A stretch of DNA of 61,789 nt from Acidimicrobiia bacterium (GCA_050742155.1 JBOGFC010000081.1:1-61789), one strand, 5' to 3'. Counted from the first letter of the stretch, positions 37,231 through 49,145 are shown. Numbers and translations: made by a program. Notes: generated by a model not told the origin, from the sequence alone.

Positions 37231-37929
37231 ATGCTTAACAAGTCGGGGTCGGTTAGCATCCGGGCGGTGGAAGCCACCGACTACCGAGCCCCCTTCCGAG
37301 AGTACGCCGAAGCCATTTACGAGCTCGAGGAAGGGGAGATCGAGGTCATTCAGGCTCGCATCGCCGAGTGGCTGGGGGTGAGCCGGGCCGGCGTCTCGGA
37401 CACCGTGCATCGAATGGCACTGGACGGGCTGGTGACCATAGGCGACGAGATCCACCTCACCACCGAGGGCCGCCACCTGGCCGAGGTGGTGGTGCGCCGC
37501 CACCGCCTGGCCGAGCGGTTCCTCTCGGAGGTGCTCAGGCTTCCATGGGTCAAGGTGCACGACGAGGCGGCGGTGTGGGAGCACTTCGTCTCCGCCGACG
37601 TGGAACAGGCCATGTGGGAGGTGCTCGGCCGGCCCCAGACCTGTCCGCACGGCAACCCGATCCCCGGAGCCGGCTACCGGCCTCCCAAGATGATGCCCCT
37701 CGCCGAGTTGGAGGCAGGGCGGCGGCTGCGGCTGGAGCGGATCGCCGAGGAGCTGGAGCTCGACCCCGAGATCATGCGCTTCCTCGACGAGGCGGAGCTG
37801 CGACCGGGCGCCGGGGTGGAGGTGGTCCACCGCACTCCGGATGACACCCTCACCGTGCGAGTCAACGGCGACGCCTCGGTGGGGGTGGGGCCCTTCATGG
37901 CCGAGCGTCTCTTCTTGGCGATTTCCTGA
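37231..37929 (+). CDS. ideR: DtxR/IdeR-family metal-dependent transcriptional repressor
   Basis: An HTH (ARIAEWLGVSRAGVSDTVHRM). Metal-site region RRHRLAERFL...VHDEA...CPHGNPIP. A C-terminal SH3/FeoA-like domain. Confidence 0.85.
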   Translation: MLNKSGSVSIRAVEATDYRAPFREYAEAIYELEEGEIEVIQARIAEWLGVSRAGVSDTVHRMALDGLVTIGDEIHLTTEGRHLAEVVVRRHRLAERFLSEVLRLPWVKVHDEAAVWEHFVSADVEQAMWEVLGRPQTCPHGNPIPGAGYRPPKMMPLAELEAGRRLRLERIAEELELDPEIMRFLDEAELRPGAGVEVVHRTPDDTLTVRVNGDASVGVGPFMAERLFLAIS

Positions 37930-37963
37930 AGTTTCCTGTTAGTCGGGCACCGGAGAGGGTATA

Positions 37964-38088
37964 GTTGCGCCTACGCCGAACCCGGCCGCCCGGCCGGGGC
38001 GGGGGACCCACCATTGTGGGGCGAATTCCGGCATGCCGGATAGGGCGAACCTTCCAGCCCGAGCCCGTCAGCTAACCCCGTAGGCAAC
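37964..38088 (+). promoter_or_regulatory. ydaO/yuaA-type cyclic-di-AMP riboswitch candidate
   Basis: Contains GCGGGGGACCCA, GGGGCGAAUUCC, UAGGGCGA and CCGAGCCCGUCAGCUAACCCCGUAGGC. These appear in the order I recall for Rfam ydaO-yuaA. P1 can form between GCCUACG (37969-37975) and CGUAGGC (38079-38085). It lies 60 nt upstream of the ATG at 38148. Confidence 0.7.
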
Positions 38089-38147
38089 TGGAAGGAGACC
38101 GGTGCCGCTCCCGGCTCTGGCTCTCCCTGGCGGAGGAGGAAGCCGAG

Positions 38148-39104
38148 ATGGGTCTCGAGATGGTGAAGAAGGGACCGGCGTCCCCGGGTCGCTACGTGAC
38201 CGTGGAGGATCGACTGGGTATGAGCCTCCCTTACTCCAAGGGCCTCATGGCGACCTCGATCATGGCCACTGGGCTGGCTCCGGACCGGGCCTTCGCTCTG
38301 GCGGAGTCCATCGAGCAGGAGCTGGCGGCCTGGCGTCGAGACGCGGTCTCGGCCGATGAGCTGGCCGGGCTGGCGACCCGAGTTCTCACCGCCCGGGCCG
38401 GGCCGGCCGTGGCCGAGCGCTATCAGGCCTGGCGGCGCGCCAAGCGCTCCTCCAAGCCGGTCGTCGTGCTCATCGGTGGAGCCACCGGGGTGGGCAAGTC
38501 GACGGTGGCCACCCGCATGGGAGCCCGCCTCGGCATCACCCGGATCATCCCGACGGACGCGGTGCGGGAGGTCATGCGCAACATCATCTCCGAGGACGTG
38601 CTGCCGGCCATCCACGTTTCCTCCTTCGAGGTGTCCCAATCCGTGCAGGGTCCGTGGGAGGGGACTCCCGACCCGGTGCTGCTCGGCTTCCAGCGCCAGG
38701 CGGAGGCGGTGGCGGCCGGCGTCAAGGGTCTCATCACCCGGGCCATCACCGAGCGGATCGACATCGTCGTCGAGGGCACCCACGTGCTGCCCGGCCTGCT
38801 CACCGGGGATTGGCCGGCCGACCAAGCTGCCGTCGTGGAGGTGGTGCTGGCCATCGACGACCCCGACGCCCACCGAGCGCATTTCCTGGCCCGCCAGGAG
38901 CTGGAGCACGGCCGCCGCCCCCATCGGTACCTGGAGCACTTCGAGGAGATCCGCACCATCCAGGCCCATATCCGTGACCTGGCGAGGGCGCACGACATCC
39001 CCGAGGTCCTCTCGGAGGACCTCGATGGGACCATTCAGGCGCTGCTCGAGATGGTCGTGGAAGCGGTGACGATCGGCGATCGCGCGGAGGCGATCGCCCT
39101 CTGA
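38148..39104 (+). CDS. 2-phosphoglycerate kinase family P-loop protein
   Basis: VVVLIGGATGVGKSTVATRMGARLGITRIIPTDAVREVMR matches the 2PGK (COG2074) core. GGAGGAGGA SD upstream. Confidence 0.75.
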   Translation: MGLEMVKKGPASPGRYVTVEDRLGMSLPYSKGLMATSIMATGLAPDRAFALAESIEQELAAWRRDAVSADELAGLATRVLTARAGPAVAERYQAWRRAKRSSKPVVVLIGGATGVGKSTVATRMGARLGITRIIPTDAVREVMRNIISEDVLPAIHVSSFEVSQSVQGPWEGTPDPVLLGFQRQAEAVAAGVKGLITRAITERIDIVVEGTHVLPGLLTGDWPADQAAVVEVVLAIDDPDAHRAHFLARQELEHGRRPHRYLEHFEEIRTIQAHIRDLARAHDIPEVLSEDLDGTIQALLEMVVEAVTIGDRAEAIAL

Positions 39105-39106
39105 GG

Positions 39107-39145
39107 CCCTCTCCTCCCCCTCCCGGGGGAGGGTTGGGGAGGGGG
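39107..39145. repeat. Repeat family B, copy 7
   Basis: CCCTCTCCTCCCCCTCCCGGGGGAGGGTTGGGGAGGGGG between the convergent 2PGK-like and ACT genes. Confidence 0.75.
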
Positions 39146-39155
39146 ACAAGCGGAC

Positions 39156-39524
39156 CTACACCGCCGTGCGGATCGTCTGCAGGTTGTCGCCTCCGATCAC
39201 CAGGCGGGTGCCGGCCGCCAGGTAAACGAGGTCGATGTTGGCGCCGGTGTCGGCGATCTTGCGGGCTACCTCGCCCAGCATGCCGGGCCGGTCCTCGACA
39301 TCGACGACCACCACCTCGCGCTCGTCGGTCACCTTGAGGCCGGCGTTCCCGAGCGCCTGGCGGGCGGCGGCGGCGTCCTCCACCAGGATGTGGAACAAGC
39401 CGGTCCCGTCGGTGGCCACCCCGGCCACCCCGTCGATGTTGATCTGGGCCTTGCCGAGTGCTTCGCCGAGGTCGGCCAGCGTGCCGGGCCGGTTCTGCAG
39501 CTCGACGGTCAGGTCCATGGCCAT
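39156..39524 (-). CDS. Tandem ACT-domain protein
   Basis: 122 aa. Two units of the type xxVELxNRPGxLAxxxxxL / VDVEDRPGMLGEVARKI. Confidence 0.7.
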   Translation of the reverse strand: MAMDLTVELQNRPGTLADLGEALGKAQINIDGVAGVATDGTGLFHILVEDAAAARQALGNAGLKVTDEREVVVVDVEDRPGMLGEVARKIADTGANIDLVYLAAGTRLVIGGDNLQTIRTAV

Positions 39525-39596
39525 GTGAGACTCCCTTCTCTGGGCCTACCTCACGAACCTAGTCACCTTTTCAAAAGCGTGCGTCGGAGAGGTAGG

Positions 39597-40694
39597 TCAG
39601 GCGCCACCCACCAGCAGCGGCACCCGCAGCTCCTCCTCGGTGAGGCCGCCGTGGGCGCCGATCAGCCGTCGGTCACTGAAGCGGTGCAACAGGATATGAC
39701 CGGGTGCGGGGACCAGCGCACCGGTGGGAGCCCGCTCCTCGAAGCTGGGGTGGGGCGGGCCCGGCCCCCACCACGACCGCATCTCCTCGAGCGGCACCCA
39801 AGAGGCCGGGAGGGTCTCGGCCAGGGAGGCGGCCCTCTCGGGATCACCGCGCAGGAAGGTCATACGAGAGTCGCCGTACACGATGAACTCCTGCTCGGCG
39901 AGGCGGCCGAGCTCGGTACGGCGTTCGGGTGGCACGTCCACGTGGCCGTGGTCCGAGGTGCCGACCATCGCCGTCCCATCGGGCAAACGAGACGCCACCC
40001 GTTGCCAGACCTCGGCGGCCAGTCCGATCGCCTCGACGTACATCTGCGATGCCTGGCCCCTGGTATGGGCGGCCACGTCCACGTGCGGGAGGTACACGAG
40101 GAGCAGGCGTCCCGGGTGGGAGGCCAACGCCAGCGCCGCCTCCACCATCTCGTCGGCGGTGAAGACCGGCTCGAAGCGGGCGCCGCGGTAGAGCACCCGA
40201 CTGAGAGGACTCTCGAGGAAGTCTCCCGGCTGGATGGTGATCGGCTCCACCCCCGCCCGGGCAAGGCGCTCCCAGAGGTTGGGAGCCGGCAGAAGCTCAT
40301 CGAACCGGTAATCAACCGGGTCGCCCCACAAGGTCGTCCACTGCAGGGTGTTGACCACCAGGTCGAGCTCGGGCATCCAGAGCTGGTAGCCGAGCAGACC
40401 ATGCTGGGCGGGCGGAAGGCCGGTGACCACGCTGGCCAGGCTGGCCGTGGTGGTGCTGGGGAACGGGGCGTCGAGGGCCGCCCGGCGGGAGAGGGCCAGT
40501 GGTCCCGCGCTGGGGTGAGCGAGCTGATGGTCGCCCAGCCCGTCGAAGAGGAACAGCAGGTAGGAGTCCCCTGACGGGATCAGTCGGGCCAGCTCCTCGG
40601 CCAGCCGGGGAGCGACACTCGATCCGATGAGACGGTGCTCGAGCTCGGCCACCAGATTGACGAGCCCGCCGCCTGCATAGTCGGGAAGGCGCAC
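39597..40694 (-). CDS. Alkaline-phosphatase-superfamily protein (type I phosphodiesterase/nucleotide pyrophosphatase-like)
   Basis: LLFLFDGLGDHQL, PSTTTASLASVVTG (nucleophile Thr region) and GTSDHGH motifs. GTG start. Confidence 0.7.
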   Translation of the reverse strand: MRLPDYAGGGLVNLVAELEHRLIGSSVAPRLAEELARLIPSGDSYLLFLFDGLGDHQLAHPSAGPLALSRRAALDAPFPSTTTASLASVVTGLPPAQHGLLGYQLWMPELDLVVNTLQWTTLWGDPVDYRFDELLPAPNLWERLARAGVEPITIQPGDFLESPLSRVLYRGARFEPVFTADEMVEAALALASHPGRLLLVYLPHVDVAAHTRGQASQMYVEAIGLAAEVWQRVASRLPDGTAMVGTSDHGHVDVPPERRTELGRLAEQEFIVYGDSRMTFLRGDPERAASLAETLPASWVPLEEMRSWWGPGPPHPSFEERAPTGALVPAPGHILLHRFSDRRLIGAHGGLTEEELRVPLLVGGA

Positions 40695-40717
40695 GGGAGG
40701 ACGATAGTTTCGAGAAC

Positions 40718-41920
40718 ATGAACGGCTTGGGGCGCAACTTTCGCAAGCTCTGGACGGCCAGCGCAGTCTCCAACCTGGGGGATGGGGTGCGGCTGGCCGC
40801 CCTTCCTCTGCTGGCCGCCACGCTCACTCGCGACCCGGCCCTGGTGGCCGGCCTCACCGTCATGCTGTGGCTGCCCTGGCTGCTGCTCTCCCTGGTGGCA
40901 GGAGCGGTGGTTGACCAGGTGGACCGACGGAGGCTGATGGCCGCCGCGCAGGGCCTGCGCATGATGGTGGTGGCCTTGCTGGGTGGGGCGGTGTGGATGG
41001 GATGGGCCGGCCTCCCCCTGCTCTACGCGGTGGCCTTCTTGATGGGAGCGGCGGAGACGCTCTTCGACACCGCCGCCCAGGCGATCATCCCCTCGGTGGT
41101 GGCCCCGTCTCAGCTCGAGCCGGCCAATGCCCGGCTGATCGGGGCGGAGATCGTGGCCAACCAGTTCGTCGGTCCTCCGCTGGGAGCCGTTCTGTTCGGG
41201 CTGGCGGCGGCGGTCCCGTTCCTCTTCGACGCGGCCACCTTCGCCGTGGCGGCCGTCTTGCTCGTCGCCCTGCAAGGCAGCTTCCGGCCCATCCAGGACG
41301 ACACGCGGCGTCGGCTCGGTCGCCGCATATACGAGGGATTGACCTGGCTCGGGCGTCACCGCCTGCTCCGGGCGGTGACCTTCATGGTGGCGCTGGTCAA
41401 CCTCTTCTACGCATCCACCAGCGCCATCTTCGTGCTCTTCGCGCTCGAGATCCTGGGCCTTGATGAGCTCGGGTTCGGCGTCCTGCTGGCGATGTTTGCT
41501 GTAGGAGCATCACTCGGCACGGTGGCCGCCCATCGGGTGACGCAGGTGCTGGGCCCCGGCACCGTCGCCCTGACCGCATTCTCGGTCGGGGGGGCCGCCC
41601 AGATCGCCATCGGCCTCTCCTCCCGGCCGGTGGCGGTGGGCGCCATGTTGGTGGTGCAGGGGATCGGCTTCGCGATCTTCAACGTCACCTTTCGCTCGCT
41701 CCGCCAGGCCGTGGTGCCCGACACTCTGCTGGGACGGGTGGTGGGCTCCCAGCGCGCCTTGGGCTATGGCGCCATCCCGGCCGGGGCCGCCCTCGGGGGT
41801 CTCATGGCGCGCGCTCTCGGCCTGCGTGCCCCGTTCCTGGTGGCCGGCGTGGCCTTGGTGCTGGTGGCCCTGGTGTCGACTCCGTTCGTCAACAACCGGG
41901 CCATCGCAGAGGCTTCCTGA
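40718..41920 (+). CDS. MFS transporter (EntS/MFS_3-like)
   Basis: FRKLWTASAVSNLGDGVRLAALPLL and VVDQVDRRRLM. About 12 TM. Confidence 0.8.
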   Translation: MNGLGRNFRKLWTASAVSNLGDGVRLAALPLLAATLTRDPALVAGLTVMLWLPWLLLSLVAGAVVDQVDRRRLMAAAQGLRMMVVALLGGAVWMGWAGLPLLYAVAFLMGAAETLFDTAAQAIIPSVVAPSQLEPANARLIGAEIVANQFVGPPLGAVLFGLAAAVPFLFDAATFAVAAVLLVALQGSFRPIQDDTRRRLGRRIYEGLTWLGRHRLLRAVTFMVALVNLFYASTSAIFVLFALEILGLDELGFGVLLAMFAVGASLGTVAAHRVTQVLGPGTVALTAFSVGGAAQIAIGLSSRPVAVGAMLVVQGIGFAIFNVTFRSLRQAVVPDTLLGRVVGSQRALGYGAIPAGAALGGLMARALGLRAPFLVAGVALVLVALVSTPFVNNRAIAEAS

Positions 41921-41954
41921 GAGGACCGGCCGCCTCCCTATACTCCGCGAGCAG

Positions 41955-42320
41955 GTGGAACAGTACTTTCACGACTACATCACGGTGGCCGCCTTCGCCG
42001 GGTTCGGGGTGGCGCTGGTGGCGCTCACCTTGGGGGTCTCGGCGCTGGTCCGCCCTTCCAAGCCCAACCCGGCCAAGCTGACCACCTATGAGTGCGGGGT
42101 GGATCCGGTGGGCGGCGGCTGGGCCCAGACCTACGTGCGGTATTACATCTTCGGACTGCTCTTCGTGATCTTCGACGTGGAGGCGGTGTTCATCTTCCCC
42201 TGGGCGGTGGTCCTGGAGCAGCTCGGGGTTTTCGCTTTGGTGGAGATGCTCATCTTCATCCTCATCCTGATCGCCGGCCTGGTCTACGCCATCCGAAAGG
42301 GGCTGTTGGTATGGGAGTGA
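41955..42320 (+). CDS. nuoA: NADH-quinone oxidoreductase subunit A, second operon
   Basis: The GTG at 41955 is in frame. [40 protein letters not shown]. Confidence 0.88.
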   Translation: MEQYFHDYITVAAFAGFGVALVALTLGVSALVRPSKPNPAKLTTYECGVDPVGGGWAQTYVRYYIFGLLFVIFDVEAVFIFPWAVVLEQLGVFALVEMLIFILILIAGLVYAIRKGLLVWE

Positions 42321-42808
42321 TCGAGCGCTTCGGCACGCCCAAGCCGATCACCTGGCTCCTCAACTGGTCCCGCAAGTACTCGCTGTGGTTCTTCCAGTTC
42401 GGGCTGGCCTGCTGTGCCATTGAGCTGATGGCCGCCTCCAGCCCCCGCTACGACTTCATGCGCTTCGGGATCATCCCCCTGCCGGCCTCCCCGCGCCAGG
42501 CTGACCTGATGATCGTGGCCGGCACCGTCACCGACAAGATGGCTCCGGCCATCAGACGCCTCTACGAGCAGATGCCCGACCCCAAGTACGTCATCTCGAT
42601 GGGGTCGTGCTCCAACTGCGGAGGCCCGTACTGGGACTCGTACTCGGTCACCAAGGGTGTCGATCAGGTCATCCCGGTGGACGTCTACGTGCCCGGCTGC
42701 CCACCCCGGCCGGAAGCCCTGCTGGAGGGGATCGTGCTCTTGCAGCAGAAGATCCAGGGCGAGGACGTGCGGGATAAGTGGAGAGAGCTTGACCGACAGC
42801 CCGCCTGA
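42311..42808 (+). CDS. nuoB: NADH-quinone oxidoreductase subunit B, second operon
   Basis: [36 protein letters not shown] and VPGCPP. Confidence 0.93.
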   Translation: MGVIERFGTPKPITWLLNWSRKYSLWFFQFGLACCAIELMAASSPRYDFMRFGIIPLPASPRQADLMIVAGTVTDKMAPAIRRLYEQMPDPKYVISMGSCSNCGGPYWDSYSVTKGVDQVIPVDVYVPGCPPRPEALLEGIVLLQQKIQGEDVRDKWRELDRQPA

Positions 42809-43424
42809 GGCCCCCGAGGAGCAGACCGCCGACCCGCTGGAGGAGTACGGCCGGCGGGTGGCCGAGACGGTCGGGGCCGAGCGCTTCGCGGCCGACTTCG
42901 ACCATCTGAAGGTGTATGTCGAGCCGGAGCGCTGGACCGAGGCGCTACGCACGGCCCGAGACGAGCTCGACCTCTCCTTCTTCTCCTTCCTGTCCGCCAT
43001 CGACTGGGCCAAGGACGTGGAGGTGGGAGAGCGGGTGGAGAATCCCGACGATCTCGAGGAGCGCTTCGAGGTGCTCTGCCACCTCTCCACGACGCAAGGC
43101 AGCGAGCAGGTCACCTTCTCCACCCACCTCCCCAAGGACCGTCCGGAGCTCGACAGCCTGGTGGAGGTGTTCGCCGGGGCCAACTGGCACGAGCGGGAGG
43201 CCCACGAGATGTTCGGGATCGACTTCCGGGGCCATCCCAACCTCATCAAGCTCTACCTGCCGGACGCCTTCGAGGGCTTCCCGCTCCGCAAGTCCTTTCC
43301 CCTCCTCACCCGGGAGGTGAAGCCCTGGCCCGGGTTGGTGGACGTGGAGGACATCCCACCCGAGGAGGAGGAGGCCCAAAAGGCGGCGCTCGAGGGGCCG
43401 TCGGAGGAGAGCCCGCAACGATGA
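42789..43424 (+). CDS. nuoC: NADH-quinone oxidoreductase subunit C, second operon
   Basis: [40 protein letters not shown] and an acidic C-terminal tail. The TTG start at 42789 is tentative. Confidence 0.85.
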   Translation: MTDSPPEAPEEQTADPLEEYGRRVAETVGAERFAADFDHLKVYVEPERWTEALRTARDELDLSFFSFLSAIDWAKDVEVGERVENPDDLEERFEVLCHLSTTQGSEQVTFSTHLPKDRPELDSLVEVFAGANWHEREAHEMFGIDFRGHPNLIKLYLPDAFEGFPLRKSFPLLTREVKPWPGLVDVEDIPPEEEEAQKAALEGPSEESPQR

Positions 43425-43433
43425 CCGGGTCAA

Positions 43434-43500
43434 TGGCGAATCCCGAACCGCGGGCGCCAGCGCGCCGGAGAGGCGCGCAGGAACCCTGGGTTCGCCAAAC
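43434..43500. repeat. Family C-related nested hairpin element
   Basis: Outer arms TGGCGAA/TTCGCCA, inner hairpin GCGCGCC-GGAGA-GGCGCGC. It ends in GCCAAAC directly before the nuoD ATG of operon 2. Confidence 0.6.
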
Positions 43501-44706
43501 ATGACCACCCCTACCCTCCCGGTGCGGCCCGAGGCCATGATGCACCTCTCCGAGGCGGCCGTCTCGGTCGAGCTGCAGACCCCGGAGATGACCCTCAACA
43601 TCGGACCGCAGCACCCGTCCACTCACGGGGTGCTGCGGCTGGTGGCCCGCGTGGATGGGGAGCGGGTGCACAGCGTCGAGCCGGTGATCGGCTACATGCA
43701 CCGGGGCTACGAGAAGATCTCCGAGGTGCGGACCTATCCCCAGATCACCACCCTCATCAACCGGATCGACTGGGTGGCCGGCTTCGCCAACGAGGTGCCG
43801 TTCATGGTGGCCGCCGAGCGGCTGCTGGGGGTCGAGCCGCCGCCCCGCGCCCAGTACATCCGGCTCATCCTCACCGAGATGGCCCGGATCGCCTCCCACC
43901 TGGTCTTCATGTCCTCCTACCCGCTCGAGATCGGGGCGGCCACCCCGCTCTTTCACGCCTTGCGGGACCGGGAGCGGGTGCTGGACCTGATCGAGTCGGT
44001 GACCGGGGGCCGCTTCCATCCCAACTTCAACCGGGTGGGCGGGGTGAAGCCGGCTTACGGAGGCGGCTCGGAGACCAAGAAGGTCAGCCAGGATCTCCCG
44101 CAAGGCTTCCTCTCCGAGACCAGGGCCGCCATGGAGCGGATCACCCGGGTGTGCGACGACCTCATCGACCTGGTGTCCGGCAACGAGATCTTCATGGCCC
44201 GCACCAAGGGGACGGGGGTGCTGCCGCCCGGGGTGGCCCTCTCCTATGGGGTGTCGGGTCCCAACCTGCGGGCCTCGGGGGTGGCCTTCGACCTGCGCAG
44301 GGTGGACGATTACCTGCCCTACGACCAGTTCGAGTTCGATATCCCCACGGGGGAGAACGGGGACTGCTGGGACCGCTACCAGGTGCGCCTGGAGGAGATC
44401 CGCCAGGCGGCCCGGATCATCCTGCAGGCCATCGAGGCGATTCCGTCGGGGGAGCTGCAGGCCAAGGTCCCGCGGGTCATCAAGATCCCCCGGGGGGAGA
44501 CCTACGTGCGGGCCGAGAACCCCAAGGGGGAGATGGGCTTCTACCTGGTCTCGGAAGGCGGGCGGATCCCCTATCGGGTGAAGATCCGCTCCGCCTCATT
44601 CTCCAATATCTCGGTGCTCCCCTATCTGCTCGAAGGGGTCCTGGTGCCCGACATCATCGCCATCATGGGCAGCCTCGACTTCGTGTTGGGGGACATCGAC
44701 CGGTGA
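43501..44706 (+). CDS. nuoD: NADH-quinone oxidoreductase subunit D, second operon
   Basis: MTLNIGPQHPSTHGVLRL and a C-terminal MGSLDFVLGDIDR. Normal length (401 aa). Confidence 0.94.
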   Translation: MTTPTLPVRPEAMMHLSEAAVSVELQTPEMTLNIGPQHPSTHGVLRLVARVDGERVHSVEPVIGYMHRGYEKISEVRTYPQITTLINRIDWVAGFANEVPFMVAAERLLGVEPPPRAQYIRLILTEMARIASHLVFMSSYPLEIGAATPLFHALRDRERVLDLIESVTGGRFHPNFNRVGGVKPAYGGGSETKKVSQDLPQGFLSETRAAMERITRVCDDLIDLVSGNEIFMARTKGTGVLPPGVALSYGVSGPNLRASGVAFDLRRVDDYLPYDQFEFDIPTGENGDCWDRYQVRLEEIRQAARIILQAIEAIPSGELQAKVPRVIKIPRGETYVRAENPKGEMGFYLVSEGGRIPYRVKIRSASFSNISVLPYLLEGVLVPDIIAIMGSLDFVLGDIDR

Positions 44707-44715
44707 GCCTGCGGC

Positions 44716-44765
44716 GTTCTGGCGCGCAATGCTCACACCCTGGTGTGAAGTTTGCGCGCCAAAAG
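44716..44765. repeat. Repeat family C, copy 2
   Basis: GTTCTGGCGCGC...GCGCGCCAAAAG with inner hairpin TCACAC-CCTG-GTGTGA. It lies in the nuoD-nuoH gap of operon 2. Confidence 0.75.
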
Positions 44766-44785
44766 CTTGAGGCGAGGGTGATCCG

Positions 44786-45805
44786 GTGATCGCCCAGCTC
44801 CCCGCCATCGACAACTTCTGGTTGCTGCTGGCCATCAAGCTGGTGGCGATCGGAGTGCTGATCCCGGCCGTCTCCATCCCCATCGTGCTGGCCGAGCTGA
44901 AGATCTCCGCCCACATGCAGAGCCGCATCGGTCCTTACTTCGCCGGGGGCCGCTTCGGGTGGGCGCAGCCCATCGCCGATGCCCTCAAGTTCATCCAGAA
45001 GGAAGACATCATCCCGGCGGAGGCCGACCGGGCGGTCTTCCGGATCGCCCCGGCGGTGGTCCTCCTGGCCTCGCTGGCTCTCTTCGTGGTGATCCCCTTC
45101 GGCCCCGGACTCATCATCCGCGACCTCGACCTGGGGGTGTTCTACGCCCTGGCCATCTCCTCGGTGGGCACCATCGGGGTCCTGATGGCCGGGTGGTCCT
45201 CGGCCAACAAATACTCGCTGATGGGGGGACTGCGGGCGGCCGGCCAGCTGATCGCCTACGAGCTGCCGCTGGTGCTGGCGGTGGTGGGCGTGGTGATCCA
45301 GGCCGGCACCTTGTCGATGGTGGGGATCGTCGAGGCCCAGGCGGAGAACGTGATGACCGTCGGCCCGCTCTCCCTGCCCATCCCTTATGTGATCCCGCAG
45401 TTCGTCGGCTTCGCCATCTTCCTGGTGGCCATCCTGGCCGAGCTGATCCGGATTCCCTTCGACATGCCGGTCGCCGAGTCGGAGCTGGTGATGGGCTACC
45501 TCACCGAGTACTCGGGGTTTCGCTTCCTGTTCTTCTTCCTGGGGGAGTACGCCAACCTGTTCAGCCTCTCGGCCATCGCCGCCACGCTGTTCCTGGGGGG
45601 CTACCACGCCCCCTTCCTGGACCCGATCTTCGGCCCCCTGCTCCTCTTCGCCAAGATCGGGCTGTTGGTCTTCCTGCTGATCTGGTTTCGCTGGACCTGG
45701 CCCCGCCTGCGGGAGGATCAGCTCCAGCGCCTGGCCTGGAAGTGGCTCATCCCGCTGGCGCTGGCCAATATCGCCGTGACCGCCACCTTGAAGGTGGTGC
45801 TCTGA
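44786..45805 (+). CDS. nuoH: NADH-quinone oxidoreductase subunit H, second operon
   Basis: [34 protein letters not shown] and [15 protein letters not shown]. Confidence 0.93.
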   Translation: MIAQLPAIDNFWLLLAIKLVAIGVLIPAVSIPIVLAELKISAHMQSRIGPYFAGGRFGWAQPIADALKFIQKEDIIPAEADRAVFRIAPAVVLLASLALFVVIPFGPGLIIRDLDLGVFYALAISSVGTIGVLMAGWSSANKYSLMGGLRAAGQLIAYELPLVLAVVGVVIQAGTLSMVGIVEAQAENVMTVGPLSLPIPYVIPQFVGFAIFLVAILAELIRIPFDMPVAESELVMGYLTEYSGFRFLFFFLGEYANLFSLSAIAATLFLGGYHAPFLDPIFGPLLLFAKIGLLVFLLIWFRWTWPRLREDQLQRLAWKWLIPLALANIAVTATLKVVL

Positions 45806-45851
45806 TGCTGCGGCCGGCTCACCGGGAGACGCCCCTACAGTTGGAAGAGAC

Positions 45852-46313
45852 ATGAGAACCATCCCCGCCAAGGGCCTGGCCAAGGGCATGTGGGTGACCC
45901 TCCGTACTCTCTTCACCCGGCCGGTCACCACCCAGTACCCCAAGGTCAAGGAGGTCCCGGTGCCCCGCGCCCGGGGGGTGATCGCCCTCGACCAGGAGGC
46001 CTGCACCGTGTGCATGCTGTGCGCCCGGGAATGCCCCGACTGGTGCATCTACATCGAGGGCCACAAGGAGATCCAGCCTCCGGCCCGAGAGGGAGGTCGG
46101 GCCCGCTCGCGGGCGGTGCTGGACCGCTTCGACATCGACTACGCCCTCTGCATGTACTGCGGGATCTGTGTGGAGGTGTGCCCCTTCGACGCGCTGTTCT
46201 GGAGCCCTGAGTACGAGTTCTCCGAGTACCGGATGGGGGACATGCTGCACGACAAGGAGCGTCTCCAGGATTGGCTGGCCACCGTGCCCGAGGCCCCTCC
46301 TCTGGAGCCCTAG
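45852..46313 (+). CDS. nuoI: NADH-quinone oxidoreductase subunit I, second operon
   Basis: [12 protein letters not shown] and [12 protein letters not shown]. 153 aa. Confidence 0.92.
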   Translation: MRTIPAKGLAKGMWVTLRTLFTRPVTTQYPKVKEVPVPRARGVIALDQEACTVCMLCARECPDWCIYIEGHKEIQPPAREGGRARSRAVLDRFDIDYALCMYCGICVEVCPFDALFWSPEYEFSEYRMGDMLHDKERLQDWLATVPEAPPLEP

Positions 46314-46829
46314 GTGGTCGACTGGCTGACCACGCCCGCCAACTGGGCGTTTCTGGCCATCGCTCTCGTCATGCTGGGCGCCGGGCTGGGCGTGGTGACT
46401 CGCAACAACGTGGTGCACGCCGCCTTGCTGCTGGTGGTGGCACTGGCCGGCTCGGCCGCCATGTTCGTGCTCTTGGGGGCGGAGTTCGTGGCCTGGGTGG
46501 TGGTGCTGATCTACATCGGGGCGGTGATCGTGCTGTTCTTGTTCGGGGTGATGATCACCCGGGCGCCCATCGGCCGGGAGGCCCGGCTTGACCACGAGCG
46601 GCGCTGGCCGGCCGCTCTGGTGGCGGCCCTCGTCTTCGGGCTGATGGCCGGGTCCTCTTGGGCGGCCTTCGATGTCACGCCCCTCGAGCTGGGCGAGCCG
46701 GTCCGCACCGCCGGTGTGGGTGAGCAGCTCTTCACGCGCTTCGTGGTGCCCTTCGAGGCGGTCTCCTTCGTGCTCCTGGCCGCCCTGATCGGCGGGATCA
46801 CCTTGGCCAGGCGGGATCCCACCGAATGA
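46314..46829 (+). CDS. nuoJ: NADH-quinone oxidoreductase subunit J, second operon
   Basis: GTG directly after the nuoI stop. [25 protein letters not shown]...[17 protein letters not shown]. Confidence 0.88.
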   Translation: MVDWLTTPANWAFLAIALVMLGAGLGVVTRNNVVHAALLLVVALAGSAAMFVLLGAEFVAWVVVLIYIGAVIVLFLFGVMITRAPIGREARLDHERRWPAALVAALVFGLMAGSSWAAFDVTPLELGEPVRTAGVGEQLFTRFVVPFEAVSFVLLAALIGGITLARRDPTE

Positions 46830-47131
46830 TCGTCTCCCAGTTCCTGATCCTGGCGGCGCTGCTCTTCGCCACGGGCGTGTACGGGGTGCTGGTGCGGCGC
46901 AACGCCATCCTCGTGTTGCTCTCCATCGAGCTGATGCTCACCGCCGTCAACCTCAACCTGGTTGCCTTCGGGGCGCACATCGGGGACGCCTTCGTGACCG
47001 GGCAGATCTTCGCCCTCTTCGTGATCACCGTGGCGGCCGCCGAGGTGGGGATCGGCCTCGCCATCGTGCTGCTCATCTACCGCAACCGCTCCTCGGCCAA
47101 CCTCGACGAGCTGGACCTGATGAAGTGGTGA
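46826..47131 (+). CDS. nuoK: NADH-quinone oxidoreductase subunit K, second operon
   Basis: 101 aa. [18 protein letters not shown]...[13 protein letters not shown]. Confidence 0.92.
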   Translation: MIVSQFLILAALLFATGVYGVLVRRNAILVLLSIELMLTAVNLNLVAFGAHIGDAFVTGQIFALFVITVAAAEVGIGLAIVLLIYRNRSSANLDELDLMKW

Positions 47132-47135
47132 GTCG

Positions 47136-49082
<1,947 letters not shown>

Positions 49083-49105
49083 GAGGAGGATGATGAGCGA
49101 CAAAA

Positions 49106-49140
49106 CTCCCTCCCCCTTCGGGGGAGGCTTGGGGAGGGGG
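49106..49140. repeat. Repeat family B, copy 8
   Basis: CTCCCTCCCCCTTCGGGGGAGGCTTGGGGAGGGGG in the nuoL-nuoM gap of operon 2. Confidence 0.75.
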
Positions 49141-49145
49141 CAAGG

